A stretch of DNA of 64,000 bases, taken from an uncultured Acidobacteriota bacterium. GTDB lineage: Bacteria > Acidobacteriota > UBA6911. Made by a program: the position numbers and the translations under genes. Below, piece after piece: positions 54,541 through 64,000 of this stretch. The first letter of the stretch is position 1, and every line of letters begins with the position of its first letter. The stretch is from assembly GCA_963827655.1 (NCBI GenBank), contig CAWHCF010000026.1, positions 64,001 to 128,000 on the forward strand, given 5' to 3'. The notes beneath the pieces were generated by a model that saw only the letters and a list, made by a program, of their open reading frames with translations, made no database searches and was not told where the DNA came from.

Positions 54541-55815
54541 ATGAATTCAACGACTTTTATGCAAGCTACTGATTCGACGGTGGAGCTCAAAACCTCTCCC
54601 CAGCGCTGGTGGCTGATGGCTTTGCTGGTTACCGGCATGATTTTCTGCTACGCGCAGCGTGGCGCCCTCTCCGTGGCCGCGCCTTCGATGATGCAGGAGC
54701 TCAACCTGTCGCGCGGCGTGATGGGAATACTCCTGTCCGCGTTTTTTTGGACTTACTCTTTCATGCAAATGCCTGCCGGCTGGCTGGTCGACCGATTCGG
54801 CGTTAAGAAAGGATATGCGGTCGGGTACCTCGTGTGGTCGGCCGGCTCCGCGTTGACCGGCTTTGCCCGAGGCCTGCCGGCTCTGATTGGAGCCCGGATG
54901 CTTCTGGGCATTGGCCAGGCAGCCGCGTTTCCGGCAAGCGCCCGAGCGGTTGCAAACTGGTTCCAGGATCGTGAGCGCGGGACTGTCGCCGCCGGCTACT
55001 TGACTGGTGTCCGACTCGGCCAGGCATTGATCAATGCCGTTGGCTTCCTGCTCCTGGGGGCTCTCGGATTCAAGTTTTTCTTCCTCGCGATTGGCGTCGT
55101 GCCGCTGATCTGGCTTTTTCCCTGGTTTGCTTTTCTTGGGAGATGGGAGAAGAAGGAGAGCGCTCCGCGGGCGAGTGAGACGCAAAAAGCGGCCGCGCCC
55201 GGGCTCTCATTCGTCGAAGGTCTGGCGCTGTTCCGGCAGCGCAGCGTAATAGGGATCTTTCTCGGTTTCTTCGCCTTTGACTATGCCTGGTTTGTGTTTG
55301 TCAACTGGCTGCCAACCTACCTGCTGCAGGAGCGGAAATTCAGCAAGGAGGAAGCGGGAATCTATGGTTCGGTTCCCTTCGTGGTGATGTCCGTGGTTAT
55401 TGTGTTGTCGGGGATCACCAGCGATTGGTTGGTCCGGCGCGGCTATTCCGAAATCGCCGTGCGCAAATGGCTCATCAACATCGGTCTACTGGCAGCATGC
55501 CTGATCGTGCCGGCCGGCCTGGTGGAAGACAGGATGGCTTCGGTCGGGTTGCTGACGCTCTCGCTCTGTGGCCTCGGCATCTCGAGCCCGAATACCTGGA
55601 CATTGACCCAGGCCGTGTGTTCGAAAAATATCGTGGGAACAGTTTCAGGGATTCAAAACTTCGGCGGCAATGTCGGCGGGATTCTCGCGCCGGCAGTCAC
55701 AGGCTACATCGCGCACGTGACCGGATCCTATGCGCTGGCCTTCGCTCTTACGGGAGGGATTCTGATCTTCGGAATTTTCTCTTACTTCTTCCTCATCTCG
55801 CGCAGGGTCGAATGA
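54541..55815 (+). CDS. MFS transporter, anion:cation symporter (sugar-acid) type
   Basis: YAQRGALSVA, SAFFWTY..MQMPAGWLVDRFG, WFQDRERG, WLPTYL, GIQNFGGN. Confidence 0.92.
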   Translation: MNSTTFMQATDSTVELKTSPQRWWLMALLVTGMIFCYAQRGALSVAAPSMMQELNLSRGVMGILLSAFFWTYSFMQMPAGWLVDRFGVKKGYAVGYLVWSAGSALTGFARGLPALIGARMLLGIGQAAAFPASARAVANWFQDRERGTVAAGYLTGVRLGQALINAVGFLLLGALGFKFFFLAIGVVPLIWLFPWFAFLGRWEKKESAPRASETQKAAAPGLSFVEGLALFRQRSVIGIFLGFFAFDYAWFVFVNWLPTYLLQERKFSKEEAGIYGSVPFVVMSVVIVLSGITSDWLVRRGYSEIAVRKWLINIGLLAACLIVPAGLVEDRMASVGLLTLSLCGLGISSPNTWTLTQAVCSKNIVGTVSGIQNFGGNVGGILAPAVTGYIAHVTGSYALAFALTGGILIFGIFSYFFLISRRVE

Positions 55816-55924
55816 ATGGAGGGCCGACTCTTAGCGTTTCTTCGAGTCTTCGCTTTTTGGGGCTGGCCCTTTCTGTCGCTCGAGATCTACCTGTTCGACG
55901 AGAAAGATCCTTCGTGAAGGACCG

Positions 55925-56025
55925 CGCGCGCTCGAACCATACGACTTCCCCGCTACTGCCGTAATTCGGGAGTATCTCCCCGGCTTTTCCATCTCCGTTG
56001 GTGTCGACGAGAAGGATCAGTTCAT
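55925..56025 (-). pseudogene. Possible FG-GAP/VCBS repeat fragment
   Basis: Manual translation NELILLVDTNGDGKAGEILPNYGSSGEVVWFE (DxNGDG). Confidence 0.3.
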
Positions 56026-56029
56026 TAAT

Positions 56030-57147
56030 TAAAACCTCGCGTTACGATAGCGGAAGCGGGAGCGACCATCGTCCTGTCCAGGTCCGTGGAAGTGTGGATG
56101 GCTTCGTCAGCGAAGCCATCCACACACCGGGCCCGAAAGGCTTCGGCAGACGAATTCGGCCGGGGGTGCACGAACGGTGGTTGCCATCGGGGACCACAAC
56201 GGCAACCACCACGATTCTGAGCGAGCGAACCGCGGGACCGCAACCGAAAGAGAAGCGGTGCGGAAAGTTCTGATACGTTACTCCTGTATTACATGCATCC
56301 GCGTGCCCCGAATAGGAGGACTGCATCCGGGCTTTTCCGTCTTCGCCGGCGATATCATTCCCACCGAAGACCGACAACGCCTCGAGCGCGTCGCGCGTTA
56401 CATCGCTCGCCCGGTGCTTGCGATCGACAGTATCCGCCAGCGCGAGGACGGCCGTCTCGAGATCCAAACGCCCCCGGATCCCCGCACCGGCGCCACGGTC
56501 CGCATCTTCGACCCGCTCGAATGGATCCATGCCGTCACGGCCTACATCCCCGATCGCGGCCAACATCAGGTGCGGTACTATGGGGCCCTGTCAAACCGGG
56601 CGCGCGTCACGATAGCGGGGCTCAACGACCCGAGCTGCCGCCCGTCCGGGGTGCAGCAGCAGGGAGATGAGGGGGAAATCGACTCCAACCGCGCGCGGAG
56701 GGCTTCCTGGGCGCGCTTGCTCCGTAAGATCTTCGAGGTGGACCCTCTTCTGTGTACCTGCGGAGCGCAGATGAAAATCGTCTCCTTCATCACCGAACCC
56801 CGTGTCGTCGACCGGATTCTGAGGCACCTAGCGAGCGAAGCCTGCAAGGCGCGCGATCCGTTCGAGCCCCGGGCTCCGCCCGCGGCGGCAAGCCCTTCGC
56901 CCACCTAACCGGACCACGCCACACCTCGTCCTTCAGCCATAGCCACCGCACACCTTGTGGATACCCGTCTGCCCTGAATCCGGTCACCACCAGACGACCG
57001 TAGCCTTCCCAATGTCCGTGAATGACCTACCAACCCCCTTCCCCTTGACCTGGAGCCGTCAACTTCCGAACAGACCTGCCAACCACTCGCTCGCGCCGGA
57101 ATTGGGCTTGCCTCTCCAACCCTCTCGAGATAGAAATCCTTATACAT
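56030..57147 (+). mobile_element. Internally deleted IS91/ISCR-like rolling-circle element
   Basis: Transposase C-terminal half, oriIS-like end GATAGAAATCCTTATACAT (57129-57147) and hairpin cluster at the left; left boundary uncertain. Confidence 0.65.
56320..56908 (+). pseudogene. IS91-family (Y2_Tnp) transposase, 5'-truncated
   Basis: HPGFSV, LERVARYIARP, FDPLEWIHAV..IPDRGQHQVRYYG, SWARLLRKIFEVDPLLC.CGAQMKIVSFI; no HUH motif or N-terminal Zn domain. Confidence 0.85.
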
Positions 57148-57312
57148 TTCAGGGGCTTAAGACAGAAAGAACTGCCGCCGGTAAACAGCCGGTGAAGCCA
57201 CCGCGTGGTGAGGAACTCGCAGGGACGCCGGCAGTTGACATAACACCCATCAACTCGGAAATTGGGAGCGCCCTCATAGCCGGGCTGCAAACCAAAAACG
57301 CGGCTAGTTAAG

Positions 57313-57548
57313 TTAGCGCTCCCACAGTGGTAGCTGCGACGAGTGGGAAAACCTCGATAACCTCGACTGATTCCCCGTGCACTCGATACACGATTCGGCA
57401 AGGCGCCTCCACTACTTCACGAACACCGGTCCGTCCGCGTTTAAGGATCCGATCGATCATACGGGTACCAGGCTTCTGAGTTGATCGAAATGTGTCTGTG
57501 GATATCGGCGAGGGATCTCAGTGCCCGGTTTGACCAGACAACCCTCAT
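57313..57548 (-). pseudogene. ParE/RelE toxin, frameshifted and internally deleted
   Basis: MRVVWSNRALRSLADIHRHI...IDRILKR...GVREVVEAPCRIVYRVHGESVEVIEVF across frames; ATG overlaps the antitoxin stop. Confidence 0.75.
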
Positions 57549-57736
57549 TTCGGGATTCGGAGCGTGTCTCGGATCTCGTCACTAGTCCATGTGATACCGG
57601 CGTCCAGATCGGCGATTCCTTCCTCGACGCGCTGCCGCTCAATTACCAGTCGCGCGAAGTCGGCCCAAGTCGCATCTTCTGGCAGCTCATCGACAAGCCG
57701 CATGACCTCTTCCTTAATCTGCTTGATCCCAGCCAT
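57545..57736 (-). CDS. Putative antitoxin partner of ParE
   Basis: IKEEVMRLVDELPEDATW...IERQRVEEGIADLDAG, a small acidic protein directly upstream of the toxin. Confidence 0.75.
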   Translation of the reverse strand: MAGIKQIKEEVMRLVDELPEDATWADFARLVIERQRVEEGIADLDAGITWTSDEIRDTLRIPK

Positions 57737-58312
57737 TCGTCCTTACCCCGGGGCATTCGATCGCAATCCCAATCCGATTCTTCGAAGGGCGGCCCAATGC
57801 CAAGGATCGACACCTTGAAAGTCCTTCCGGAGCCTCGTTTCGCGCCACAGTTCCAACTGATAGACGTCTTTAGCGTTCCGGGCCAGTCGATCCCGACCGT
57901 TTGCTTGTTTACTGCCATCATGGCCTGATTCTGCCAACTTCGTCGGGAATTTAAGTAGCAGTATTTAACCAATAAAATGGTCATAAACTCAGTTGCTGGC
58001 CGTATGGCTAATGGGATAGCCTCAGCCCAATCCCCCTGTAACGCCATCGCTCGCCATCACTCGCCTACGGACAAGAAGATTTCGTCGTCTCGCGCAGGTA
58101 GCGAAGATTACAAGGATTGGGTCTTAATTCAGAGGGGCTGAATATGAAAAGCTGGACGTCAGTCTGCCCCGATACCAACGGAGCAACGCATTCGCTGCAA
58201 GCGATGTAGCTTCCCAAGCCATCGCAGGACCAGCTTTTTGTTTTGAATGTTTCAGCGATTGGTGAAATTTCACCCGGCGTTGACACGCGCTGGGATTAAT
58301 CCGGAGAGGATC

Positions 58313-61300
58313 ATGAAAGAAGATCAACCGAGATTGAGATGGTCGGACAAAAGCTTGGTCGCACTGGCCGTGTTGGTGATGTTCATAGTTCAGCTAACCG
58401 TGATGGCGCAGGTTCCGGGACCGGTTATTATACCACCCAACATCGTTAACAACTCCGGGTTGATCCCCTTCGACCAGGGTTTTTTTGCCTTCGAAGTGGA
58501 GAGTCCACTGGATTCGTTGAAAGGCGTTCCCATCTGGGACGAGCTCGAGCAGATGCTGGACGACCCGTACGCCTTCGTGCTCGATCCGACCGTGAGGGGG
58601 AACGCGCAGGGCTGGCCGTCCTACCGCTTGACCCAGCCGCGCCGCCGGTCCTTCATCTACCGGGACGGGGCGGGCCAACCGTGCGCGCCCGGCAGTTCGG
58701 GCTGCGGCGAGGTGCTGCTGCCCGGCCACTTGATCCATCCGCTGAACTACAACCATTCCACCGGTGAAGAGCTGCGCCTGCTGAGCATCGAGTTCGAGGG
58801 AGCGTCCGTGGCGAGGTTCGCGGATCAACTCCTCCCAAACCCCGTGCCGGGGCAGGGTATGCATTCACCTATCGCAACATCGTCGTCTCTCCGGGCGAGG
58901 ACGACTTGAGGAGGACGAGGCGGCGGTCAACTTCAACAGCCCAATTGCAGCCGGATACCCCGACTCTGTATCAGCTCAGCGTGGACCAGTTCTTTTCCCC
59001 TGGCCCTTTTCCATTCTCCCCGGGCACGGTCGCCCTTCCAGAGGGCACGTGGTCTGCGGAGGCGATCCGGGCGAACCGGGCTATCCTGGATTCGGAGTCG
59101 TGGCACAACACGCCGGCCAGGAGAAGACAGTATTCGACTGCCCGCCGTCCCTGCGATACCGGCGTCTCCCGGAAACCCGCCATTCCCACGAGCGCCCGAC
59201 TCTACGATCAGGCGAGGTCTTCGATCCGGCGCGCGCCGGATTCGATCCAGCCGCGCAACGCTGACGGCGCCGACGGGGCTACGAAAGCCTTCGCTGAGGG
59301 TGCCGACCGCATGGAACTCCGGCTAACCCGGGTTACGACGTCAACTCGGCGGCCAACCTCGCTGCCGATCCCGCTGCCTTGGAGCCTTCGAATGAGAACG
59401 ATTACTACCGCGGGGCTACGCGTGCGGAGAAGGTGGCCGCAAGGGCGGCGGCGGCGGCGTTGGGCAAGGCCTTGTTCTGGGATATGCAGGTGGGCAGCGA
59501 CACGGTCCAGGCCTGCGGCTCGTGCCACTTCCACGCCGGCGCCGACAACCGGACCAAGAACCAGACCAACCCCAACCACGTCGGAGCGGGACCTCACCTT
59601 GCAGCTCCACGGAGGTGTTCAGAACACGAACCTGGTGGCGACCGACTTTCCCTTCCAGAAGGTACAGGACACTTCGAATGGTCCCGGAAACGGCTTCGGC
59701 AACGTCAACGACGTAGCGTCCTCGATGGGCGTGCGATTCCGCCGGTTCGTCGACATTCCAACACCCGAGCGGTGGCGTTCGGTCCGCCCGACGCGTTTGG
59801 TGTAAGGACACTGCTGCCGGACATCGGCGAGCGACCCGCCTGGCGGGCAGGAAGCCGACCCGATTCCGCTCTTCCAGGGACTGCGCCGGGTCGAGCCGCG
59901 CAACACCCCCACGCTGTTCAACGCGGCAATGAACTTCGACAACTTCTGGGATGGCCGTGCGCGTCACGACTTCAACGGCGGCAGCGTGTTTGGCCCCTCC
60001 GACCCGCAGCGCCACGTCATGGTCGCCGGAGCGTCAGCCGGGAAACATCGTGGCCACCCGGCAAATCATCCGGTTCGTCAGCCTGGCTTCGCTGTCGACA
60101 GGGCCGGCGCTGAGCGACTTCGAGATGTCCTTCGAAGGACGCAACTGGGCCAAGCTCGGCAAGAAGCTCCTCCAGGGCATCCGGGGTCCCGGCAGCGTGA
60201 CGCCCCTGGCCAACCAATTGGTGTCTCCGACCGACAGCGTGATGGGTCATCTACTCCAACCAGGGTGGTTCGGCTTGTGCAGGTCTGCCGGCCGCGGATC
60301 GTTCTCCCGGGCACGACGGCAGCCGGGCAAGCCCGGGCTTGTGCATCAACTACGCCGGCCTGATCCGCAGGGCCTTTTACCCGCACACTCTGGCAGAACA
60401 CGGACAGGCATCTCAACGGGTGCTACACCGACGGCCTCGTCGCAATCCATCCCAATCAGTGTGCCGCGGGCAGCGTTGATATCCCGGTCCTCAACCCGGC
60501 TGGCACGGCGGTCATCGAGAGCCCTGCTGACCCGTTCGACAACTACGTTCTCACCATTGCCTCAGGCCCCGCTAGTCCGACCAACACCAACCAGTTCACC
60601 CAGATGGAAGCCAACATGTCCCTCTTCTTCGGGCTGTCGATACACGCCTGGGGCACGATCCTGATCCCGGATGACAGTCCCTTTGACCGGTTCATGGACG
60701 CGAATCCCGATTCGTTCTTGACGTTCGGAGAGTCCGGCGAACCGGGGATCGCTACCGATCTGCGCAATTGCTCACGAACACAGGCGGGGTGCAACCCTGC
60801 TTCACCGAGGTCGGGAACTTCAAGCGCGATCCGGGCGTGATCGCCAGGATCAACTGCCCGATCGAGGGAGGCTGGAGGTTGCACGTCGGTGCCCGCCGGC
60901 GGCACCCGCGGTTCGCGGCGCGGCAGCTCGGCGGATCCCTTGATGGGTCTAGACTTCTTCCTGGGATCCAACCTGTCGCTCAAGAATCCCAATTTCCGGT
61001 CTCTCCGCTGCGGTGAGTGCCATGCCGGCGGGACCTTGACCGACTATACCTTTGAGATCAGTCACCAGGTGAGCTTTGGCGACAGGATCCAGGAGTTCCG
61101 CACGGGTCAACCGGGGATGGAGTTCTTTCCGGAGGCCTTGGGTCGAGGCCGGGTCATTTCCGGCTTCCTGCTCGAGGGCGAGCTTCAGGAGAACGCCCAG
61201 GACGGGATAGAGCGCAACGTCGCAGACTTCTGCGCCGTAGCACCATGTACGTCGACACCCTGCACACACACCAGCGAACGGGTTTCCCCAGGGCCAGGCC

Positions 61301-62431
61301 CTGTTCGACAACGGGATGTACAACATCGGTGTGACACCCATTGCGAACGACGTCATGCGCGGAGGCAAAGACCCGTTCGGCTGGCCGCTCTCGCTGTCTT
61401 ACCTCGCCCTGAAAAACCTCTGTGGCGTGGGCTACAGCCCAGGTGGGGATGATCCGATGAACGGCTTCGCCCAGCCTCCCTTTCCTGGGATTCCCTGTGC
61501 TCTCTTCGAGCCCGACCCGAAGAAGATCAATCCCCTTACGGGAGAGGAAGGTGACCCGACTGGTGGCGGATTGTTCGAGCACACTGCCCAGGACCAGCAG
61601 ATCAACCCGGGCTTTGGGGAAGAGCCGGCAGCGTCCGCAGCTGCCTCCGTACCTGGCGAAGTGGGCGAGCAACATCCCTGTCGGCGACGAGTCGAACATC
61701 GACGAAGTGTTCTTCGGCCTCAACACGGTCATGAGGGAGCCGATGCTGGAAGGATTCGTCGATATGTTGGGGCCTTTCAATCCCGCGGCCATCATCGGCG
61801 AGGCCTTCAACAATGCTAGACAACCGGAGATGGCCACTTGGCCCAACGTCAACCGCGTGAACACGCAGGGCGGTGTCAAGGCGCCCCCGCTGCGCCACGT
61901 AGCAGAAACCGGTCCCTTACTTCCACAACGGCGGCAAGTTGACCCTGCGCCAGGTGCTGGACTTCTACACGCAGGGGCGGCGACTTCCCCGAAGACCAAC
62001 TCCGCGCACCGGGACTTCCTCATCATGAACCTGCTGGATGGAGGACGAGGCCCTGGGAGGCGTGGATCCGGTCACCGGTCTAACCGGAATTCACCGCCGC
62101 CCAGAAAGAGGAGATCATCGTCTCCGTGATCGACTTCCTCCTCGAACTCACCGACGAGCGGGTGGACTTCCAGCGCGCGCCCTTCGACCAGCCCGAGATC
62201 TTCGTGCCTGAGGATGGTCGGGCTCCGGACAATGGCTCTCTCGGTATGGTCAGCGCCGGTCGGGGGGGCTTCCTGGCCAATCTGGCCAACGGCATGTTCC
62301 GCCAAGTTCCAGCGACGGGCGCGGGGGGCGCCGCAACTGGGACCCCGAACTTTCTGGGGATCTCGAATGGCCCCCGCCTGCTCGGAGGCGCCGCGACTTG
62401 TGCCACCGTGAACAATCACTACTGTCGCTAG
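58313..62431 (+). CDS. Very large secreted di-haem cytochrome c peroxidase/MauG-superfamily protein (about 1,370 aa); many frameshifts
   Basis: Signal peptide; LGKALFWDMQVGSD-ACGSCH, RNTPT, NFWDGRA, DSPFDRF, RCGECH, DNGMYNIGV, KAPPLRHVAETGPYFHNG, TLRQVLDFY, LTDERV joined across ORF fragments. Confidence 0.8.
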
Positions 62432-62441
62432 GGACGCTCTT

Positions 62442-62486
62442 TCCTGCTCATCCCTCCCGAAGATCCCCAAGAGGGGATGAGCAGGA
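62442..62486 (+). terminator. Intergenic hairpin (terminator or mRNA-stabilising)
   Basis: TCCTGCTCATCCC / GGGATGAGCAGGA 13-bp stem followed by GTTCTTT. Confidence 0.45.
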
Positions 62487-62504
62487 GTTCTTTCGGAGAA
62501 AAAC

Positions 62505-63635
62505 ATGATAAACAGAAACGGCAGTTTTGTTGTATTCGCCGGCATTTTTTCGATCCTGACGGTTGGCTTTGTCATCAAAGGACAACAACGGACTGCCGAC
62601 GCGCAGGACGAACTGATCCTCCAGGATCCGAAAGCGAAATACAGCTACGCGGTGGGCCTGCAATGGGGCAACAATCTGAAGGGACAGTCGCTGCTTCTGG
62701 ATGCCGAGCTCGTCTCTCGGGGGCTGAAGGACGCCCTGACGGGAGCCAAGAGCCTCCTGACGGAAGCCGAGATGAAAGCCGCCCTGGACGTGCTCCGGGC
62801 CGACTTCCAGATGAAACAGGTGGAGGCGCTCAAGCAGGTGGGGGAGAAGAACAAGAAGGAGGGCGAGGCCTTCCTGGCCGACAACAAGACGAAGGAGGGT
62901 GTCATCACCCTGAAAAGCGGTCTCCAGTACAAGATCCTGAAGGCTGGTGACGGAAAAAAGCCCAAGGCGGACGACACGATTGTTAGCCACTACCGTGGCA
63001 CCGTGCTCGACGGCACGGAGTTCAGCAGCTCCTCCGCCAACCAGCCGCTCACGTTTTCCCTCAAGCACCTCATCGCAGGCTGGCGCGAGGCCCTTCAGCT
63101 CATGCCCGTTGGATCCAAGTGGCAGCTCTTCATTCCCCCAAGCCTCGCCTACGGTGAGAGCGGCCTGCGCGGGGCGGGGGCCAGTAGAATCGGGCCGAAC
63201 GCCACGCTCATCTATGAGGTGGAGCTGCTGGCCATTCGAGACACCGCACCTGATGGCGCTCCGGCCACAGCCGACCAAGGCGTTTCGGCGTTAGCGGTTT
63301 CCTTCAAACTGGATCCGCGGCTCACGAAGGGCCTCTATATGGGAGAGCGCTGGGTTTCGCCACCCACCTATACAACCACTCTGGACACCGTGGAAGCCAA
63401 AGTCGCACGTGTTGGTTCGAATGGAAGGGTAGAGAACATCAGTGCCAAATGGATCCCATCCGATACCGAGATGGTGACGGTATCGCCCAGCGAAGGCAAT
63501 GAAGTCAAAATCACGGTAAAGCGCCCTGGCGAGACCACCCTGCATGTGACGTCCGATGGTGTTACAAAGGAGCTATCTCTCAAGGCGGCACTCCAGAACG
63601 ACGTCATGCAGGTGGAGATCACCCCGCGCCCATGA
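62505..63635 (+). CDS. FkpA/Mip-type FKBP peptidyl-prolyl isomerase with extra C-terminal Ig-like domain
   Basis: SYAVG, GEAFLADN, SGLQYKIL, HYRGT, LIAGWREALQLMPVGSKWQLFIPPSLAYG, LIYEVELL; then about 120 aa beta-rich FKLDPRLTKGLYMGERWVSPPTY... Confidence 0.9.
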   Translation: MINRNGSFVVFAGIFSILTVGFVIKGQQRTADAQDELILQDPKAKYSYAVGLQWGNNLKGQSLLLDAELVSRGLKDALTGAKSLLTEAEMKAALDVLRADFQMKQVEALKQVGEKNKKEGEAFLADNKTKEGVITLKSGLQYKILKAGDGKKPKADDTIVSHYRGTVLDGTEFSSSSANQPLTFSLKHLIAGWREALQLMPVGSKWQLFIPPSLAYGESGLRGAGASRIGPNATLIYEVELLAIRDTAPDGAPATADQGVSALAVSFKLDPRLTKGLYMGERWVSPPTYTTTLDTVEAKVARVGSNGRVENISAKWIPSDTEMVTVSPSEGNEVKITVKRPGETTLHVTSDGVTKELSLKAALQNDVMQVEITPRP

Positions 63636-63744
63636 AGGCAGCCTCGGCTCCACGTGCCAGCCTTCACTTGATCTCCCTTCACTTGATCTCCCTCCGCTGC
63701 TGCTCGTCCGCTTTCGGCCAGTACGTGTCCAGATGGATCACCAT

Positions 63745-63994
63745 CTCCATTCGCGGAACGGCTCGTTGGAAGTATTCGCCGAGAATGCCTCAATCGCGTG
63801 ATCGTGCTGAGAGAGCGGCATCTGAAATGGATTTTGCAAAGATACTTCTGCTATTACCTCAACTCGAGAACGCATTTGTCCTTGGAAAAGGACGCACCGA
63901 ATCCTCGGGCCATTCAATCACCGGAACGCGAAATATCGTTGAGATCCCTGAAGTCGGTGGCCTGCACCATCGCTACGAACGGCGCGCAGCCTGA
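63745..63994 (+). pseudogene. C-terminal fragment of an integrase-core (rve, DDE) transposase
   Basis: PFAERLVGSIRRECLNRVIVLRERHLKWIL..YYLNSRTHLSLEKDAP, then a shift to IVEIPEVGGLHHRYERRAA*. Confidence 0.8.
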
Positions 63995-64000
63995 TCGGAA

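Noticed and set aside
57234-57320. XerD-like half site TTATGTCAACT and attC-like ends after parE
   Set aside because: The XerC arm does not fit and the attC inner pairing is poor; no integron integrase in the window.
57743-57937. 64-aa ORF upstream of the antitoxin
   Set aside because: No motif or clear ribosome site; unsupported.
63659-63695. CACTTGATCTCCCT twice
   Set aside because: Two-copy local duplication at the edge of a transposase relic; no further structure.

Overview
GC-rich bacterial chromosomal window that looks acidobacterial (PadR plus duplicated orphan permeases, Oar-like TonB receptor, several Hanks kinases with TolB/TPR sensor domains). About a dozen otherwise intact genes are split by single-base indels, most likely long-read errors, so I rejoined them by eye. 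Backbone: hydrolases, an amino-sugar-acid-type catabolic cluster whose enzymes carry export signals (DapA-like, amidohydrolase, RidA, SelA/DgaE-like, TIM-barrel isomerase), two ECF sigma modules, tRNA-Ser(GGA), a sugar ABC transporter, an MFS transporter and VapBC. There are two accessory regions. The first (25.5-32.2 kb) holds a roughly 1,900-aa Ig-repeat surface protein between a serine recombinase relic and the tRNA 3' end. The second (56-64 kb) holds an IS91/ISCR relic, a decayed ParDE-like pair, a roughly 1,370-aa di-haem MauG/BthA-like enzyme, an FKBP-Ig foldase and a transposase relic. Intergenic DNA is rich in REP/REPIN-like elements, a MITE and short tandem inverted repeats. The best candidates for undescribed systems are the giant di-haem enzyme plus FKBP pair and the exported SelA-like/RidA pathway. 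All family calls come from motif recognition; no database search was run.
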